This document shows positions 25,179 through 37,741 of a stretch of DNA of 64,000 bases, in pieces. The stretch is from Octopus bimaculoides (Eukaryota): NCBI RefSeq assembly GCF_001194135.2, contig NC_069001.1, forward strand, positions 33,329,652-33,393,651. The letters are read 5' to 3'. Under the pieces are notes generated by a model. The model saw only the letters and a list, made by a program, of their open reading frames with translations. It did no database searches and was not told the DNA's origin. Within the stretch, counting starts at the first letter, position 1; every line of letters begins with the position of its first letter. Position numbers and translations under genes: made by a program.

Positions 25179-25894
25179 GTAAAGTAAACTTTTATATTTT
25201 AGTTCAGCTTCCTTATATTGTTATTATTGGTTCAAATAATCGGTAGAGTGTCAGACAAAAATGTTTGTAATGTTATTTAGTACTAGTTGGGTACTGAGAT
25301 CGATGTAATTGACTAATCCCCTCCGCCTAATAACTAGCCTTGTGCCTAAATTAATAACAGTTGTTGTTGTTGTTGTGGTGGTGGTGTTGAGTTCTGGTTC
25401 AAATGACTTTCTGACTCAACTTCTGTTACTACTTGAAGTTATTTCATGTGTGCTATTGATAAATATCCTAGGCAAATGTATGAACATCACAACTGATACT
25501 CCTTTGTTGTTGTTTCATGGTCACACACTTCCTGTTGAGCCTCAGCCTATCTCTGATTTCTGTGGTGTTAAATAGCTGAAACACATGAAGAGGATACCAT
25601 TCTATCACAAATGACCTTTCCCTCAGACAGAATTGAACTCGTGTAGTGAAACCAAACCTGGGACATTGTCATTGTGAAGCAAACTTCTTAACCATTCACA
25701 CACTTATTGTGTCTACACACATCCGTGCACATATGTCTACACACATTCAGACTTATTCATTTCCTAATTTGTCTTTCCTTATCTTCACCATTCTATCACA
25801 ACTTCATTCTCATTAAATAAAATGTTATTTTCAGTGGAAACACTTTTCTTGTTGTCAGTCACTTTTAACTTATGGCTTTTGTTTTTCTCTTCAG

Positions 25895-26076
25895 ATTCTT
25901 GTAGCACAAAAGAATGGTATAATTCGGTTTTTCAGTCTTCATAACCAACAACCTATCATGTCACTGGACTGTGGTCAAGCCCCACTCATGGCAGCAGATT
26001 GGTGCCATATCAATTCTCTTGCTGTTGTTGCTGCTGCAGCCACAGATTGGATATTGTTTGATTCCTCTGTATCTAG
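25895..26076 (+). CDS. NUP37: NUP37 coding exon 5 (ILVAQKNGIIRFFSL...ADWCHINS...DWILFDSSVS)
   Basis: Long pyrimidine tract plus CAG; GTAGGT donor, phase 2; resembles the Nup37 LVAEKNGxIRFY segment. Confidence 0.92.
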
Positions 26077-27257
26077 GTAGGTTCATCTGATGTAGTTACA
26101 AAAGCTGGTCAGCACACCATTGTGCGGTTTGGTGTACAAGGGATTTCTTACGTAGCATATGATATTATTTTTTAATAAAACTATAGACTGTTATTGTTAA
26201 TGTTAAATATTATTATTGTTATTAAGGTGGTGAGCTGACAGAATCATTAGCATGCTGAGTGAAAAGCTTAGCAGCGTTCTGTCCATCTTTATGTTCTGAC
26301 TTCAAATTCCATCACAGTTGACTTTGCCCTTTATCCTTTCGGGGTTGATAAATTAAGTACCAGTGAAAAACTGGGGTTGATGTAACCGACTAGTCCCCTT
26401 TTCCAGAATTTCAGGTCTTGTGCCTTTAGTAGAAAGGATTATTATTATTGACGATGATGATGACACTTAGCTATCCCCATGGAAAAATCATGTTTTATAC
26501 ATACTCTTATTTCTATTGTGATGCTTAAATTTATAGATCTTTGTTTCATTACTATAAAAATTTTGATTATAACTTTGATTTTATTTCATAGTTAAGGTTG
26601 TTTATAGCACAACTTTCAAACACGCATCATGACAAACATTATTACTATTATTATAGTTCAGTAGTTTTATTTTTATTGTGTGCTTTTACTACAGAACTGT
26701 GTCGAGCTCTATAAGCATTGAGCATTGCAAGCTAAAGATCACTTGTTAATTCTGCTACTAGCAGTGATGAATTATAGCCCCCACAGTACCTTGGTGGATG
26801 GAGATATAAATGCAAACCATGCCATTGATTTCTTGGCTGTTGTCTATGTCATATCCTCCAACTGGGTTTAAATGCAAGGGCTGCACACTGGAACTTCAAT
26901 CCAACTCTTGTTTCTCCTTAGTCTCTCTTCAAGATGACTCCCACTGTCAGTTCCGAGTATCTTGAATGCTCTTTCTCCATTGAAGAGCTGCATAGATAGC
27001 CATGCACCTAAGTTGTTTCCCCTGCCTCCATGTTCTTGTTAGTGCAACAGTCTAGCGTCCAATGCTCTGTTGTAACCTTATGTCATGTTCTTAAATGTTT
27101 GATTAGCTTGAGTTGAGCCAGCTGAGGTTACTCAACAAATTTATACTTTGTTTCTCTGTTCCGGAATCTAACAAACCAAGGTTTAAAATAACAAGGGAAT
27201 TTTAACGAATATTTTGCTGCTGTTATTTTTCTGTCAGTATACTGTTTCGTATTTCAG

Positions 27258-27393
27258 TGGTCCAGCTGATAAGAAACAAGCCCATCCTGATGGTATTACT
27301 CAGCTTCGTTGGTGTAAATGTTCAGACAACCTTTTGGCCACCATTGGACATCCAGGCTGTCAAGTAAAATTATTCAATGTCAAAGGTCAACAG
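27258..27393 (+). CDS. NUP37: NUP37 coding exon 6 (GPADKKQAHPDG...LRWCKCSDNLLATIGHPG...KGQQ)
   Basis: ATTTCAG acceptor; GTAAGT donor; phase 2 to 0. Confidence 0.9.
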
Positions 27394-28827
27394 GTAAGTG
27401 GTAACAGAAATAAATAACTAAATAAAAAAAACACCATTTCTTTTGTAAGCAGTAAATTTTCTTTTTACTGACAGCTTTCATTCTTTAGACTTTAACCCGC
27501 CTCAGTTTATTGCAATAAATGTTCCTCCTTCTCCTCCTCCTCCTCATCATCAAACATCCATGTTTCCTGCTGGTGTGGATTGGACAGTTCGACAGGATCT
27601 GATGGACCCAAGGACTGCATCATGCTCTGGTGTCTGATTTGGCATGGTTTCTACAGTTGGATTCCCTCCCTAATACTTTACAGTGTGTAGTGGGTGCTAT
27701 TTTCATACCACTGGCACTAGTGAGGTTATCACAGTTTGCAAGATTGTGGACCCCTAGGGAAAAAAACAACTTTATGCAAGGACTTGAGGGACAAAAGACA
27801 AGTAAAAGTACAAGAGAAGGGTCCAGAGCAGAACAAGTTTTAATTTTCTATGTAGAGGAGCTACGTACAACTCACATTTTAGAAGAGAAGAGTGGGTAGA
27901 AGTGATCAAATGGAGCCTGAGGGTGATAAGATTAAAAAATGATGCATGCTGTATCATTGTTAAACCTTTTCAAATGTTTACTGAAGTATTTCTCCATTCT
28001 CTGTTCTTTTGCATACTTCATGTCTATGACTTCTGTTCTTCCTTCGAATACTTTAATTGCTCCTTCAACTACAATCGAAATATTTTGTTGTATTGATCTC
28101 TCGTCAGTCCAAATCGCTATTTACAATGTCACTTCATATTTTCTACACATTCAAAACTGCAACACAAAACTGGGTTTCTTCTTCAGAACCTTTTCGCTCA
28201 GGGTTGTCAGTTTCTAATTCATTATGAAGCAGGCGTAAACTCTTTCTCCTGAATATTGTACCTATGTCAGTGATGACCTCTTACTCATTCTCAAACAGCT
28301 TGGGAACATGTAGACAAAAAGTCGGTGAGTCCTTAAAGAGTTTTTAACTATTTTCAAAAATATAGTGCAGTTCCAATCACCATCATCAACCTCAACATTA
28401 CTATCTTAAACCCAAGGATTCATGTGCAGTTTCCTGGTTTCTATGGTGTACAAGTGACCACGATCACAATATTTTCCCTGAATAAGATGCTAGTCCATTG
28501 CAGTGTTACTCATTTACAGCTGAGTGGACTGGAACAATGTGAAATGAAGTGTTTTGCTCAAGAACACAATACACCCCCCAGTCCAAATATCAAAACATGA
28601 TCTTATGATTGTGAGCACAACATTCAGACTACTAGGCACCAATGGTGGAGAATGAACTCACAATCCTTTGACTAAAAATCCGCTCCTTACCTATTTATTA
28701 ATTTGGCAGCATGATTTTTCAATGTTATATATGTTGTTACAGCAATGTGTAATGTTATTTTGATCACTATTTGATATAACCATATTGAAAATGACTGTTG
28801 AACTGTGTTTCTTTTGTTTCTTTATAG

Positions 28828-28944
28828 TTACTTATGTCCCAGTCATACGCTGTGGGCTCAGGACTTACATGGCATCTAAACCTACCAATATTTGCTGTTG
28901 GTGGAGACAAATTTGTATATTTCTGGTCAGCAACAGCTTCTTGA
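28828..28944 (+). CDS. NUP37: NUP37 terminal coding exon 7 (LLMSQSYAVGSGLTWHLNLPIFAVGGDKFVYFWSATAS*)
   Basis: TTTCTTTATAG acceptor; GSGLxWH...AVGGD...FW final WD repeat; TGA at 28942-28944. Confidence 0.9.
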   Translation, partial: LLMSQSYAVGSGLTWHLNLPIFAVGGDKFVYFWSATAS

Positions 28945-28992
28945 AGTCATACTTGTTATACATCTATATTTCATAGTTCACTTTATTTCTGT

Positions 28993-28998
28993 AATAAA
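28993..28998 (+). terminator. NUP37: Candidate NUP37 polyadenylation signal AATAAA
   Basis: AATAAA about 50 nt after the stop codon, followed by T-rich sequence. Confidence 0.55.
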
Positions 28999-29811
28999 TC
29001 CTTTTTTTTTAAATTCTTTTTTCTTATATATATATTTTATGTATTTTATCTACTTGTTTCAGTCATTAGACTGTGGCCATGCTGGGGCACCACCTTGAGG
29101 AATTTTTAATTGAATGAATCACCTCCAGTACTTTTTTTTTTAAGTCTGATCTTTATTTTATTGATCTGTTCTGCCGAAACACTAAATCATGGGGACATAA
29201 ACACCACAGCACCGGCTGTTGAGTGAGGTAGGATGCGGGCAAGCACAGACACAAAGAAACATACACACATCATAATCATTTAATGTCCATTTTCCATGCA
29301 GGTGAGTCAATTACAGTGACCCCAGTATTTGACTGGTACTTATTTTTATTGACTCCAAAAGGATGAAAGGCAAAGTTGACCTCAGCAGTATTTGAACTCA
29401 GAACACACAGATGGACCAAATGCTGCTAAGCATTTTGCCTGGAATGCTAACGATTCTGCCATAATGTTTCTAATATAGGCACAGAGCTTGAAATTTAGAG
29501 GAAGAAGAAGGTGCTCACTGGTACTCTATTTCTCTGACCCAGAAATGATGAAATGCCAAGTTGATTTCAGCAGATATTGAATTCAGAACACAAAGAGCTG
29601 AAATATGATGATGATAATTATTTCACCAAGTTTGAAATTTTGGGGGCAAATGTTAGTCAATTATATCGATATCAATGTACAACTGGTTCTTTATTTTATA
29701 GACTCCAGAGGAATGAAAGGAAAAGTTGACCACAACAGGATTTGAATTCAGATCATATAGAGCCAGACTACAATGATAATAATGTAAACAAAGAATATAA
29801 CAAACTGCAAA

Positions 29812-29817
29812 TTTATT
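29812..29817 (-). terminator. MRPL23: Candidate MRPL23 polyadenylation signal AATAAA (minus strand)
   Basis: TTTATT on the + strand, about 35 nt past the stop codon. Confidence 0.5.
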
Positions 29818-29851
29818 AATTTCAAAAACTACAATATTATGAAGGTTATTA

Positions 29852-30007
29852 TTATCTAAACCAAGGAGGTATAGAAAGTTTACTCCAATTCTTTTGTTCA
29901 TCAATTGATTGTTTTTTCTTCAGGTTTTTGAATTCCTCAACTTCTTTCTCAATATTGGTTTTCTTTCCATCAAAAATATCTGGAAATTCAAATGTGTGGT
30001 CTCCACC
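29852..30007 (-). CDS. MRPL23: MRPL23 terminal exon 5 (GGDHTFEFPDIFDG...SIPPWFR*)
   Basis: CCCAG acceptor; FxFPDxF and terminal PxWF motifs typical of uL23m; TAA at 29854-29852. Total CDS is 480 nt = 159 aa + stop. Confidence 0.93.
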   Translation of the reverse strand, partial: GGDHTFEFPDIFDGKKTNIEKEVEEFKNLKKKQSIDEQKNWSKLSIPPWFR

Positions 30008-30842
30008 CTGGGGAATCAAAATAACAATATAACTTATAAAAATGAACTGAAAAGGATGACATATTTATTCAATTCTTAAACTTCAAACCCTACAATGTAA
30101 TTTTCCTTGTAACCCCATAAACCTCCCTATAGCAAGAATTTCTAGCAACTAAATATATATTATGTCTTAATGTTTACTTTTATATGCATTGAGACAGAAT
30201 TTTTCTACAGCCAGATACAAGCATAAAAAATTATGATAAATTTATTAGAAAATATCCCATATCTAAGCTAAATCATTTGTTAGTGAGAATTTGCTGATCA
30301 CTATACAAGGAGAATCTCCCATTGCAGCTTAGAAATAAAAAGTTAATTTCATATAAGAACAGGCTTCCAATTTTGCTTTGTAATATTTTAGAGGAAACAA
30401 AGGTTTGGTGAGAGGAAAGATTGCAAGTTCAATCTAATTAATAATAACAAGCTTATTGTAAATGAATAAAGATATACAAATGAAAACAAAATCCCAAACA
30501 ATCTTCTACACATATCAAAACTACAATTACCTCCCTAATTATACTAACCAGGTTGCTACCCATCACTGTGCTACCAGTAAAAATATTTGTTAGTCTGTGT
30601 TGCATTGTGCTGACAGAGTTCCATTTAAAATTCCCATGTTTTAAATCAAAACTTAGTTATATGGTGAAGACACTACCTATCTATCTATCTTTCACTCTCT
30701 CTCTCTTACTGTATTTCTCTCAACAACTTTTTCTCCTCCCCTTCTTCCCTCCTTCTACACATGTTATGACAGACAGACAAGTTGAGATGAGTTTGACTTT
30801 TACAATATAAGATTATTCATGGATTTTTTTTCTTTTACTCAC

Positions 30843-30919
30843 CAACTGAACAAATGCCATTTTGTAATCATCTTCACGGAAAGCAACATATCTTTTTTCA
30901 GGGTGTTTCTTTTCTTCAC
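30843..30919 (-). CDS. MRPL23: MRPL23 coding exon 4 (EEKKHPEKRYVAFREDDYKMAFVQL)
   Basis: CCAG acceptor and GTGAGT donor; DYKxAxVxL uL23 motif. Confidence 0.93.
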
Positions 30920-31180
30920 CTGGATATTAAAAGAAAAAAAAAAGGAAACTGGCAGCAATTGCAAGTAAATTACAGGAGCAATATTTAAGAAAGGCATGGC
31001 TGCCATGACCATGAAATGTTCAGTTTCATAATAGGTTAAATCTACCTGCTTAGCACAAGGTACCACAGAGAGGTATAACTGACAAGAGCTTCATTGTCAC
31101 AAAAACCAATAAATGATTCATTGATGCAACAGTGCTGATTTTATTTCAAGTAGGCATTAAAATATTCATGATGATCTCAC

Positions 31181-31263
31181 CTTCATAAACTCTTGTTGAA
31201 ACAGACACTACTGGGACTTTGTAGATCTTCTCTAAATAGTTTTTTATATCAATTTTACTCATC
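31181..31263 (-). CDS. MRPL23: MRPL23 coding exon 3 (MSKIDIKNYLEKIYKVPVVSVSTRVYEG)
   Basis: TTTGCAG acceptor and GTGAGA donor; classic uL23 core MxKxDIKNYLEKIYxVPV. Confidence 0.95.
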
Positions 31264-31584
31264 CTGCAAAATAAAGAACAGAGAAAACAAGTGATTGCAA
31301 CCTGAGAGAGAGTGTGAGTGTGTGTGCATGTACACAAGAGATTATACAGAATTGCTTAGAATATACTGAAGACCAAAAATAAACTGTTAAACTAATTTAA
31401 ACAAAGCTGAAATAAAAACTAAGCACCTGTTTTCTGTTTGACTTCATGGTATAGATAAATAGGAGTTGTGACTTTCATACCTTTCCCAAAAGTGTTTCAG
31501 CCGTGTGGTTACTGCATAAAACTGAATTCTTGTTGAATTCTTTCTACTTTGACACCACTGGCGCTGTCTCACACACTTTTAATA

Positions 31585-31816
31585 AGGCGTAGGAGTGGCT
31601 GTGTGGTAAGTAGCTTGCTTACAAACCACATGGTTCCGGGTTCAGTCCAACTGCGTGGCACCTTGGGCAAGTGTCTTCTATAGCCTAAGGCCGACCAAAG
31701 CCTTGTGGTAGACGGAAACTGAAAGAAGCCTGTCATATATATGTATATATATGTGTGTGTGTGTGTATATATTTGTGTCTGTTTGTCTCCCCAACATCGC
31801 TTGACAACCAATGCTG
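31585..31816 (+). mobile_element. SINE family A (tRNA head, internal TA/GT microsatellite)
   Basis: GGAGTGGCTGTGTGGTAAG...GGTTCCGGGTTCAGTCC...GGCACCTTGGGCAAGTG. Other copies at 44650-45050 and 9190-9550 (+), and at 1-180, 6250-6510, 29050-29270, 36700-36850 and 54755-55137 (-). Confidence 0.8.
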
Positions 31817-31874
31817 GTTTCTGCTAATCAATTTCTGAGAGACTTTGAAATAGAGGAAGAAAAACTATACTTAC

Positions 31875-32024
31875 TGTGGATGTACAATGAACTGAACTCT
31901 GTTAGGTGGAACTTTTCCTTTTGGTTTTACCATTTTCATCCAAAATTGTGGAAGAAATAAATAGCGTTGTGGATCGCCTTTCCAGTATATTGGATACTGA
32001 GGAATACACCGTTTCCATAAGGGC
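31875..32024 (-). CDS. MRPL23: MRPL23 coding exon 2 (PLWKRCIPQYPIYWKGDPQRYLFLPQFWMKMVKP...NRVQFIVHPQ)
   Basis: TAG acceptor and GTAAGT donor. YPxYxxGxPQxxxFxPxFW...VQF matches the mitochondrial uL23 N-terminus. Confidence 0.92.
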
Positions 32025-32149
32025 CTACATCAAGGTAATCAAATGTATAATTTAAATAACATTATATGATTGATTGATGGATTGATAGATGGATGCATGG
32101 ATGGATAAATGTATGTATGTAGATGCACATATATGATCAAAAATCAAAG

Positions 32150-32255
32150 GGCTTGCACAGGCTCCTGTGACTCGTCAGTTTGATGCTCCACCTGTAGCTG
32201 TAAAATTGATGAACATCAAGAAAGCCCCTGGGAATGATGGCATTGTTACTGAATT
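32150..32255 (+). mobile_element. Short LINE (RTE-like) ORF2 fragment
   Basis: Encodes KLMNIKKAPGNDGIVTE (cf. KAPGPDGIxAE). Confidence 0.55.
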
Positions 32256-34360
32256 TGTTTAGAAAGATGGTGATGAAATATTGGGGCTTCTTCTCCCAGG
32301 AAGACATAGGATGAGGTAGTGAAGCATGATCTTTGAACGTTGGGCCTCATGGAGACAATGACTAGTGACTGAACCCTTTGGTGGGTGATGTGCTGTGCTT
32401 GAGAAGACCTGTCAAGCCAAGTGAAATCATAGTCGTGGCTGTTGTCAGTGGCACGTAAGTGGTATGTAAAAAGTATCTTTTGAGCGTTGGGCCTCATGGC
32501 CAGTGCCAGTGTCGCATAACTAGCACCTGTGCCAGTGGCACGTAAAAAACACCTTTCAAGTACTGGGACTCACGGAGGTAATAACAAATGACCAAGACCT
32601 TTGGCAATACGCTGTGCTTGAGAAGGAAGATCCATCCATGGCAAATACTGGTGTCATGCAACTGGCACATAAAAGCACCCATTATACTCTTGGAGTGGTT
32701 GGCATTAAGAAGGGCATGCAGCCATAGAAACCATGCCAAATCAGACTGGATCCTGATGCAGCCCCTCAGCTTACCAGCCCTGGTCAAACCATCCAACCCA
32801 TGCCAGCACAGATAATGGATGAAGTATATGATGATGATAATCTCACACACATATTTATATTGGCCAGTAGTTCATATGTCTTAAAAGAGACTCTAAAATA
32901 TTTGAACACTTTCTATATATATATATAGCAGAAGGCCTTAACATGAGCTGTATAAAAACAAAATACATGCAGAAGGCTTGTAAAAGCCACAGATATCACT
33001 CTCTCGTCTGGACATAACAAATGAAATAATTAAACACCATCGTGACAGTCATACACAAAATTATAAGGATTATACCTGACTCCAGAATATAACTGGCACT
33101 TATCATATCAACTCAGAATATACAAAACACCAAACCAACTAATCCGTAAGGTAAGTTTGTCTTGATGAAGCAGAGATGCGATCATCCAGTTTTTTTTTTT
33201 AGAAGCCTAAAACGTACTTTGCTTTTTTTAAAGACAATAAGGTATGATCTGGGAGAGATTTAGCTCTTATTCGTAATGGGTCGAGCGACTGCATAACCAT
33301 TTTCAGACTGAGTAGGAGAGGAGTTGTTATGGTTTGGATCCAAATCAACCCTGATAAATGACCCAAAGCGTTTTAGAAGTGGCCACCCTGTCCAGCTTCC
33401 AGCCGCAATGTTTCTGGAACTACATTTTCTTACGAGTCCTTATAGTTTAAGACGGTAATGAATGACTTGATGAAAATTTGACTTTTATTTCTGGCAAACC
33501 GAGTGACTATTTTATCTTATACAGTTCTTCGATCGGTCTAATTTCAATGATATTATTGTCGATTCCATTAACTGTAACCTTGTTCTATTAATTTTGGCTT
33601 TAACACAGACAGCATGAAGGAAATTTAGTTAAAATAATTGAATAAAGGCAAAACACAGTAAACTTGATGCAGACATTCCAAAAATCCTCTGGTCTTGTTT
33701 CAAAGAATAAGGATATTTTTTCATCGTTGTTTTTACTTACATAAAAGAGTATTTACTTAGGCATGACAGTGCCTTTACTTAAGATATAGGCCTGACCCCT
33801 AATATCATCAGGATAAGATTTCGAATGAATATGATTTGGGATAATGTTTATTATTGTTTGAGATGAAAAGCATTCCTGTGCGGACCAATAAGTGCATGGA
33901 GGTCTACATTAATCTAATGTGTCCTTCGTTATTTAAGGGTATTTATATGGGATGTTTTAAATCTACAGAGAAAGTATATTACTTTACAAATATAATAAAC
34001 GTTGTATGTTTGTGTAAACACACGCACATATGTATGCTTATGTGTGTGCGTGTGTATATATATATATATATATATATATTAGTTATCAGCGATGGAAGCA
34101 GACTTTTATTAAATATTAGGTAAACGAGAGAGATAAATAAACCAGGAGAGTTAGGAGGAGATTTTGTCTTTTGCTTTGGAAATGAAAATTAACGACCATT
34201 TCGATGATCGACAAAGCATAAACATATGCCATCCATTCTTAAGAAAAATTTCACAACAATTTAGGACTATATGGAAGTAAAACACATGCAAAAATTTCAA
34301 TGTGGCTAGCTAGATTATTATAAATGGCTCAGAATATGTTATTGAAGCGGTATTACTTAC

Positions 34361-34374
34361 AGTCTGTGCGCCAT
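34361..34374 (-). CDS. MRPL23: MRPL23 coding exon 1 (14 nt: ATG GCG CAC AGA CT)
   Basis: Minus strand ACCAAC-ATGGCG context followed by a GTAAGT donor. Phase 2 matches the exon 2 acceptor. Lies in a CpG-containing region. Confidence 0.75.
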
Positions 34375-34500
34375 GTTGGTTTAGTTTATCCTAGTGTCAT
34401 CAAGAGTTATGTCCTTTGGATCGTGTGCTGCGCAAGCTTCGTCTTGAAGAAACGAAAAGTAGTTTGGTTGTTACTGTTTTATTTTTATCGGTTAAGGTAG
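34375..34500 (-). promoter_or_regulatory. MRPL23 promoter/5'UTR; YY1-like AACATGGCG overlapping the start codon
   Basis: CpG-containing sequence upstream of exon 1 on the minus strand. The YY1-like assignment is motif resemblance only. Confidence 0.4.
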
Positions 34501-35110
34501 CGAGCCGGCAGAATCGTTAGCACACCGGATGAAATCAGTTTTAACTTTCTGAGTTCAAATACCACTGGAATCGACTTTGTCTTTCATCCTTTTAGGGTTG
34601 GTAAAATAAGTATTAGTTGTGGGTCGATGTAATCGATTAGCCTCTTCTCTCAAAATTTTAGGCCTTGGGCGAAACGCTTAGCGATATTTCGTCTATCGCT
34701 ACGTTCTGAGTTCAAATTCCGCCGAGGTCGACTTTGCCTTTCATCCTTTCGGAGTCAATAAATTAAGTACCAGTTGCGTTCCGGGTTCGATCTAGTCGAT
34801 GGCACATTCCCCCAAAATTTCAGGCTTTGTGCCTATAGTAGAAAGGTTTATTATTATTATTGTTATTAGCATTATTATTATTCATTCGGTGAGCTGCCAG
34901 AATCGTTACCACGACGGGCGAAATGCTTAACAACATTTCGTTTGTCTTCACGCTGTGAGTTCAAATTCCGCCGGGGTCGACTTTGCCTTTAATCCTTTCG
35001 GTATCGATAAAATAAGTACTAGATGAGTACTGGGGGTCGATGTAATTGGCTTACCCCCTCCCTCAAAATTCAGGCCTTGTGCCTATAATAGAAATAATTT
35101 ATCATTATTA
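34495..35110 (+). mobile_element. Cluster of three family-B SINE copies with CpGs largely intact
   Basis: Three successive TTCTGAGTTCAAAT...TCGACTTTG...TTTCATCC units between the MRPL23 and CASD1 starts. Confidence 0.8.
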
Positions 35111-35299
35111 TTATTATTGCTGTTATTATAATTATTATTATTGAGTGAGAGAGCAGTGCATACCATCAAAGTGACACTGGGGTAAAATATACGAAGCCCA
35201 TTATACCCATCATGACTACCCGTCTGATAAGGGTACACCAGGCACATGTATCACAACCATATGTGCGCGACATGGTGATCTCATATCAAGATAATAGTT

Positions 35300-35760
35300 T
35301 TGAACAAGTGGTGATCTATTCAATCATCAGCGTTTGAAAGCCAGAACGTTGCTATGTACTTGTATCATTCATGATCTACTTTTTGCAGATGCTACTGCAC
35401 TAGTAGAGACCCCCTTAGAGGAAGCTCAAGGACTTCTATAGTGGTATTTTTGCTGCATGTAAAGCTTTTGGTTTGACTATCAGCATAAAGAAGACGGAAG
35501 TAATCCACCAACCTTGCTCTACTCCTAAACAAATTCGAGGTGTCAAGCAGAGGCCACCGGTTCACAATTTTCCTGACACTTGTATATAGGTTGATGGGAA
35601 AAACCTAAATTATGTGAGGTCATTTACATATCTTGGTAGTAATGTGAATTTGTGCGCTTCCCTTGAAATCATCAACCATCTTGCAAAGGTAGCCAACGCA
35701 TTTGGCAAACTCTGTCATCGGCTATGGAATGAAAGGGGCATCAAACTTGACACCAAGCTA
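35300..35760 (+). mobile_element. RTE-clade LINE reverse transcriptase fragment
   Basis: TSGDLFNHQRLKART...HDLLFADATAL; FGLTISIKKTEV; FTYLGS; AKVANAFGKLCHRLWNERGIKLDTKL, with frameshifts. Confidence 0.85.
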
Positions 35761-36939
35761 CCATTCTTATTTCTCTCTTGTATGACATAGTTTGCATGGT
35801 GGGATGCCCTTTGTGATACCAACCACTTTACAGTGTGGACTTAGTGCTTTTTCTGTGGCACCAGCAGCAATAATTTGCAAGACAAGACCCTTCAGCTGAG
35901 GTGGAGGACTAGGATAGAGGAAGGGTTACTTTGCGCTCAAGTTATAGGGTGGTGTATATAAGTGAAGTGAGACCAAAGATTGGATTGAGTGAGTGGGTGG
36001 GTAAGTTTGCAAGATTGCAGAAGGAGAATGGGAGGAACATGACCACAGTCCAATGAATGAAACAAGTAAAAGATAAGACACCAGAAAACTGTTCACTGAA
36101 GGACTTTGAATTTCATGGGGAAAATGAGTTGTGTTTTATAAGTACAGTATCTTATTCATCAGTGTTTACATGCTTTATTCAACCAGAACTTTGGCATTTG
36201 TTAATGTTAGTGGGCAATACTGAGGACATCATAATTTACATAGCGCTAATAATGTACATAGTGCCCATTTCCTGATCAAAAGTTCATATACCAAATTTTT
36301 GCGCATGTACTACCCACTCACAAGATATTATTCCCTCATGACCAGACATATTCTTCAAGAATATTGGAAATGAATTACACAGCTTGTATCACGGTGGCAA
36401 TTATTTACAGCTGTCACACGATGTCAAGATAGGGAGACACAAACGAATGTGTGTGTGTATGTATGTATTATTATTTCTTATTTCTTTATTGCCCACAAGG
36501 GGCTAAACATAGAGGCTACAAACAAAGATTAAGTCGATAACATCGATCCCAGTGCGTAACTGGTACTTATTTAATCGACCCCGAAAGGATGAAAGGCAAA
36601 GTCGACCTCGGCGGAATTTGAACTCAGAACGTAACAGCAGACGAAATACCGCTAAGCATTTCGCCCTTTGTATGTATGTATTATACACACACACACACAC
36701 GTCAGGCTTTCAACTTCCTTCTACCATATCTTCTCAAAAGGCTTTGGTCAGGCCAGGGCTATAGCAGAAGGCACTTGCCCAAGTTGTCACACAGGGGGAC
36801 TGAACCCAGAACCATGTGGTTGACACGCACACTTCTTACCACCAGGCCACAACTAACCTAATTGAAAAGCGAATTTCTCAATGAAACAAACATGGAAGCC
36901 ATTTCATTTCACTTATCCCAATAATGTTTGCTCTTGAGA

Positions 36940-37110
36940 AATGCCTAGCCGTTAGACTATACAATTTGACGTTGTTTGTATATTTCTAAAGAAATAAACG
37001 TATACGACACAAGAATCTAAATCCTAAATACAAAGGAAAAGGCCGGTTGAGTATGAAGTGAAGAACGATATGAAAGGGAGATCACTCGTAAACACGAGGC
37101 TCATCGCGGA
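36940..37110 (+). promoter_or_regulatory. CASD1 promoter/5'UTR region
   Basis: CpG-rich stretch (GGCCGG, CTCGTA, ATCGCGGA) directly before the ATG. Confidence 0.45.
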
Positions 37111-37276
37111 ATGGCGGACCCACACTGTAGCAGCAGACAAACCACCGCGACACCCAGAAACACTTCTGCTACACACGAAATAACTCACTACCTCAATGTT
37201 GAGAATGCAAAATTTGTCGCTTTTATTATGATTATTGGTTTTATTGCATATCATGGAATTATACATTTAAAATACG
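37111..37276 (+). CDS. CASD1: CASD1 coding exon 1 (MADPHC...HEITHYLNVENAKFVAFIMIIGFIAYHGIIHLKY-G)
   Basis: ATG in a CpG-rich region; EIxHYxxVxxAK plus a hydrophobic anchor resembling the CASD1 N-terminus; GTAAAT donor, phase 1. Confidence 0.85.
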
Positions 37277-37703
37277 GTAAATGCGTCATATTTATTCAAA
37301 CAATTCGTATTATTTTTCTTCTTGCAATATCCCAGTCTATTTCACATAACATACAATCTGTCAGAGATTATGTTACTACGTACTTTTTTTCGTCAATTGT
37401 TTTGCCTCTTATATCTCAAATATATTATGTAGCATATATTATTTTTTGTGAGGCCTTGTTTACTGTATATCTATAAAAATATGTCTAAAACTATTAAACT
37501 TGGTTTTCGCATCAAGAATACTTCGTTACACACGCACGCACACATACATACACTAACAGATGCACACATACACCGACAGATACTAACTCAGGTATCGTTA
37601 TGATCACATATACACACGTTTGCTTTTTATGTTCACAAAATATACTCACTAACTTCAAACTTTCATTAATAACTATATTCATATATATATATATATATAT
37701 ATG

Positions 37704-37741
<38 letters not shown>

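Noticed and set aside
28785-28976. ORF-track entry labelled minus strand
   Set aside because: The peptide actually reads on the + strand from TTG at 28785 and is an alternate frame overlapping NUP37 exon 7; not a gene.
21095-34360. Intronic C/D snoRNAs in NUP37 or MRPL23 introns
   Set aside because: RTGATGA hits lack a properly spaced CTGA box with terminal stem, or fall within SINE copies.
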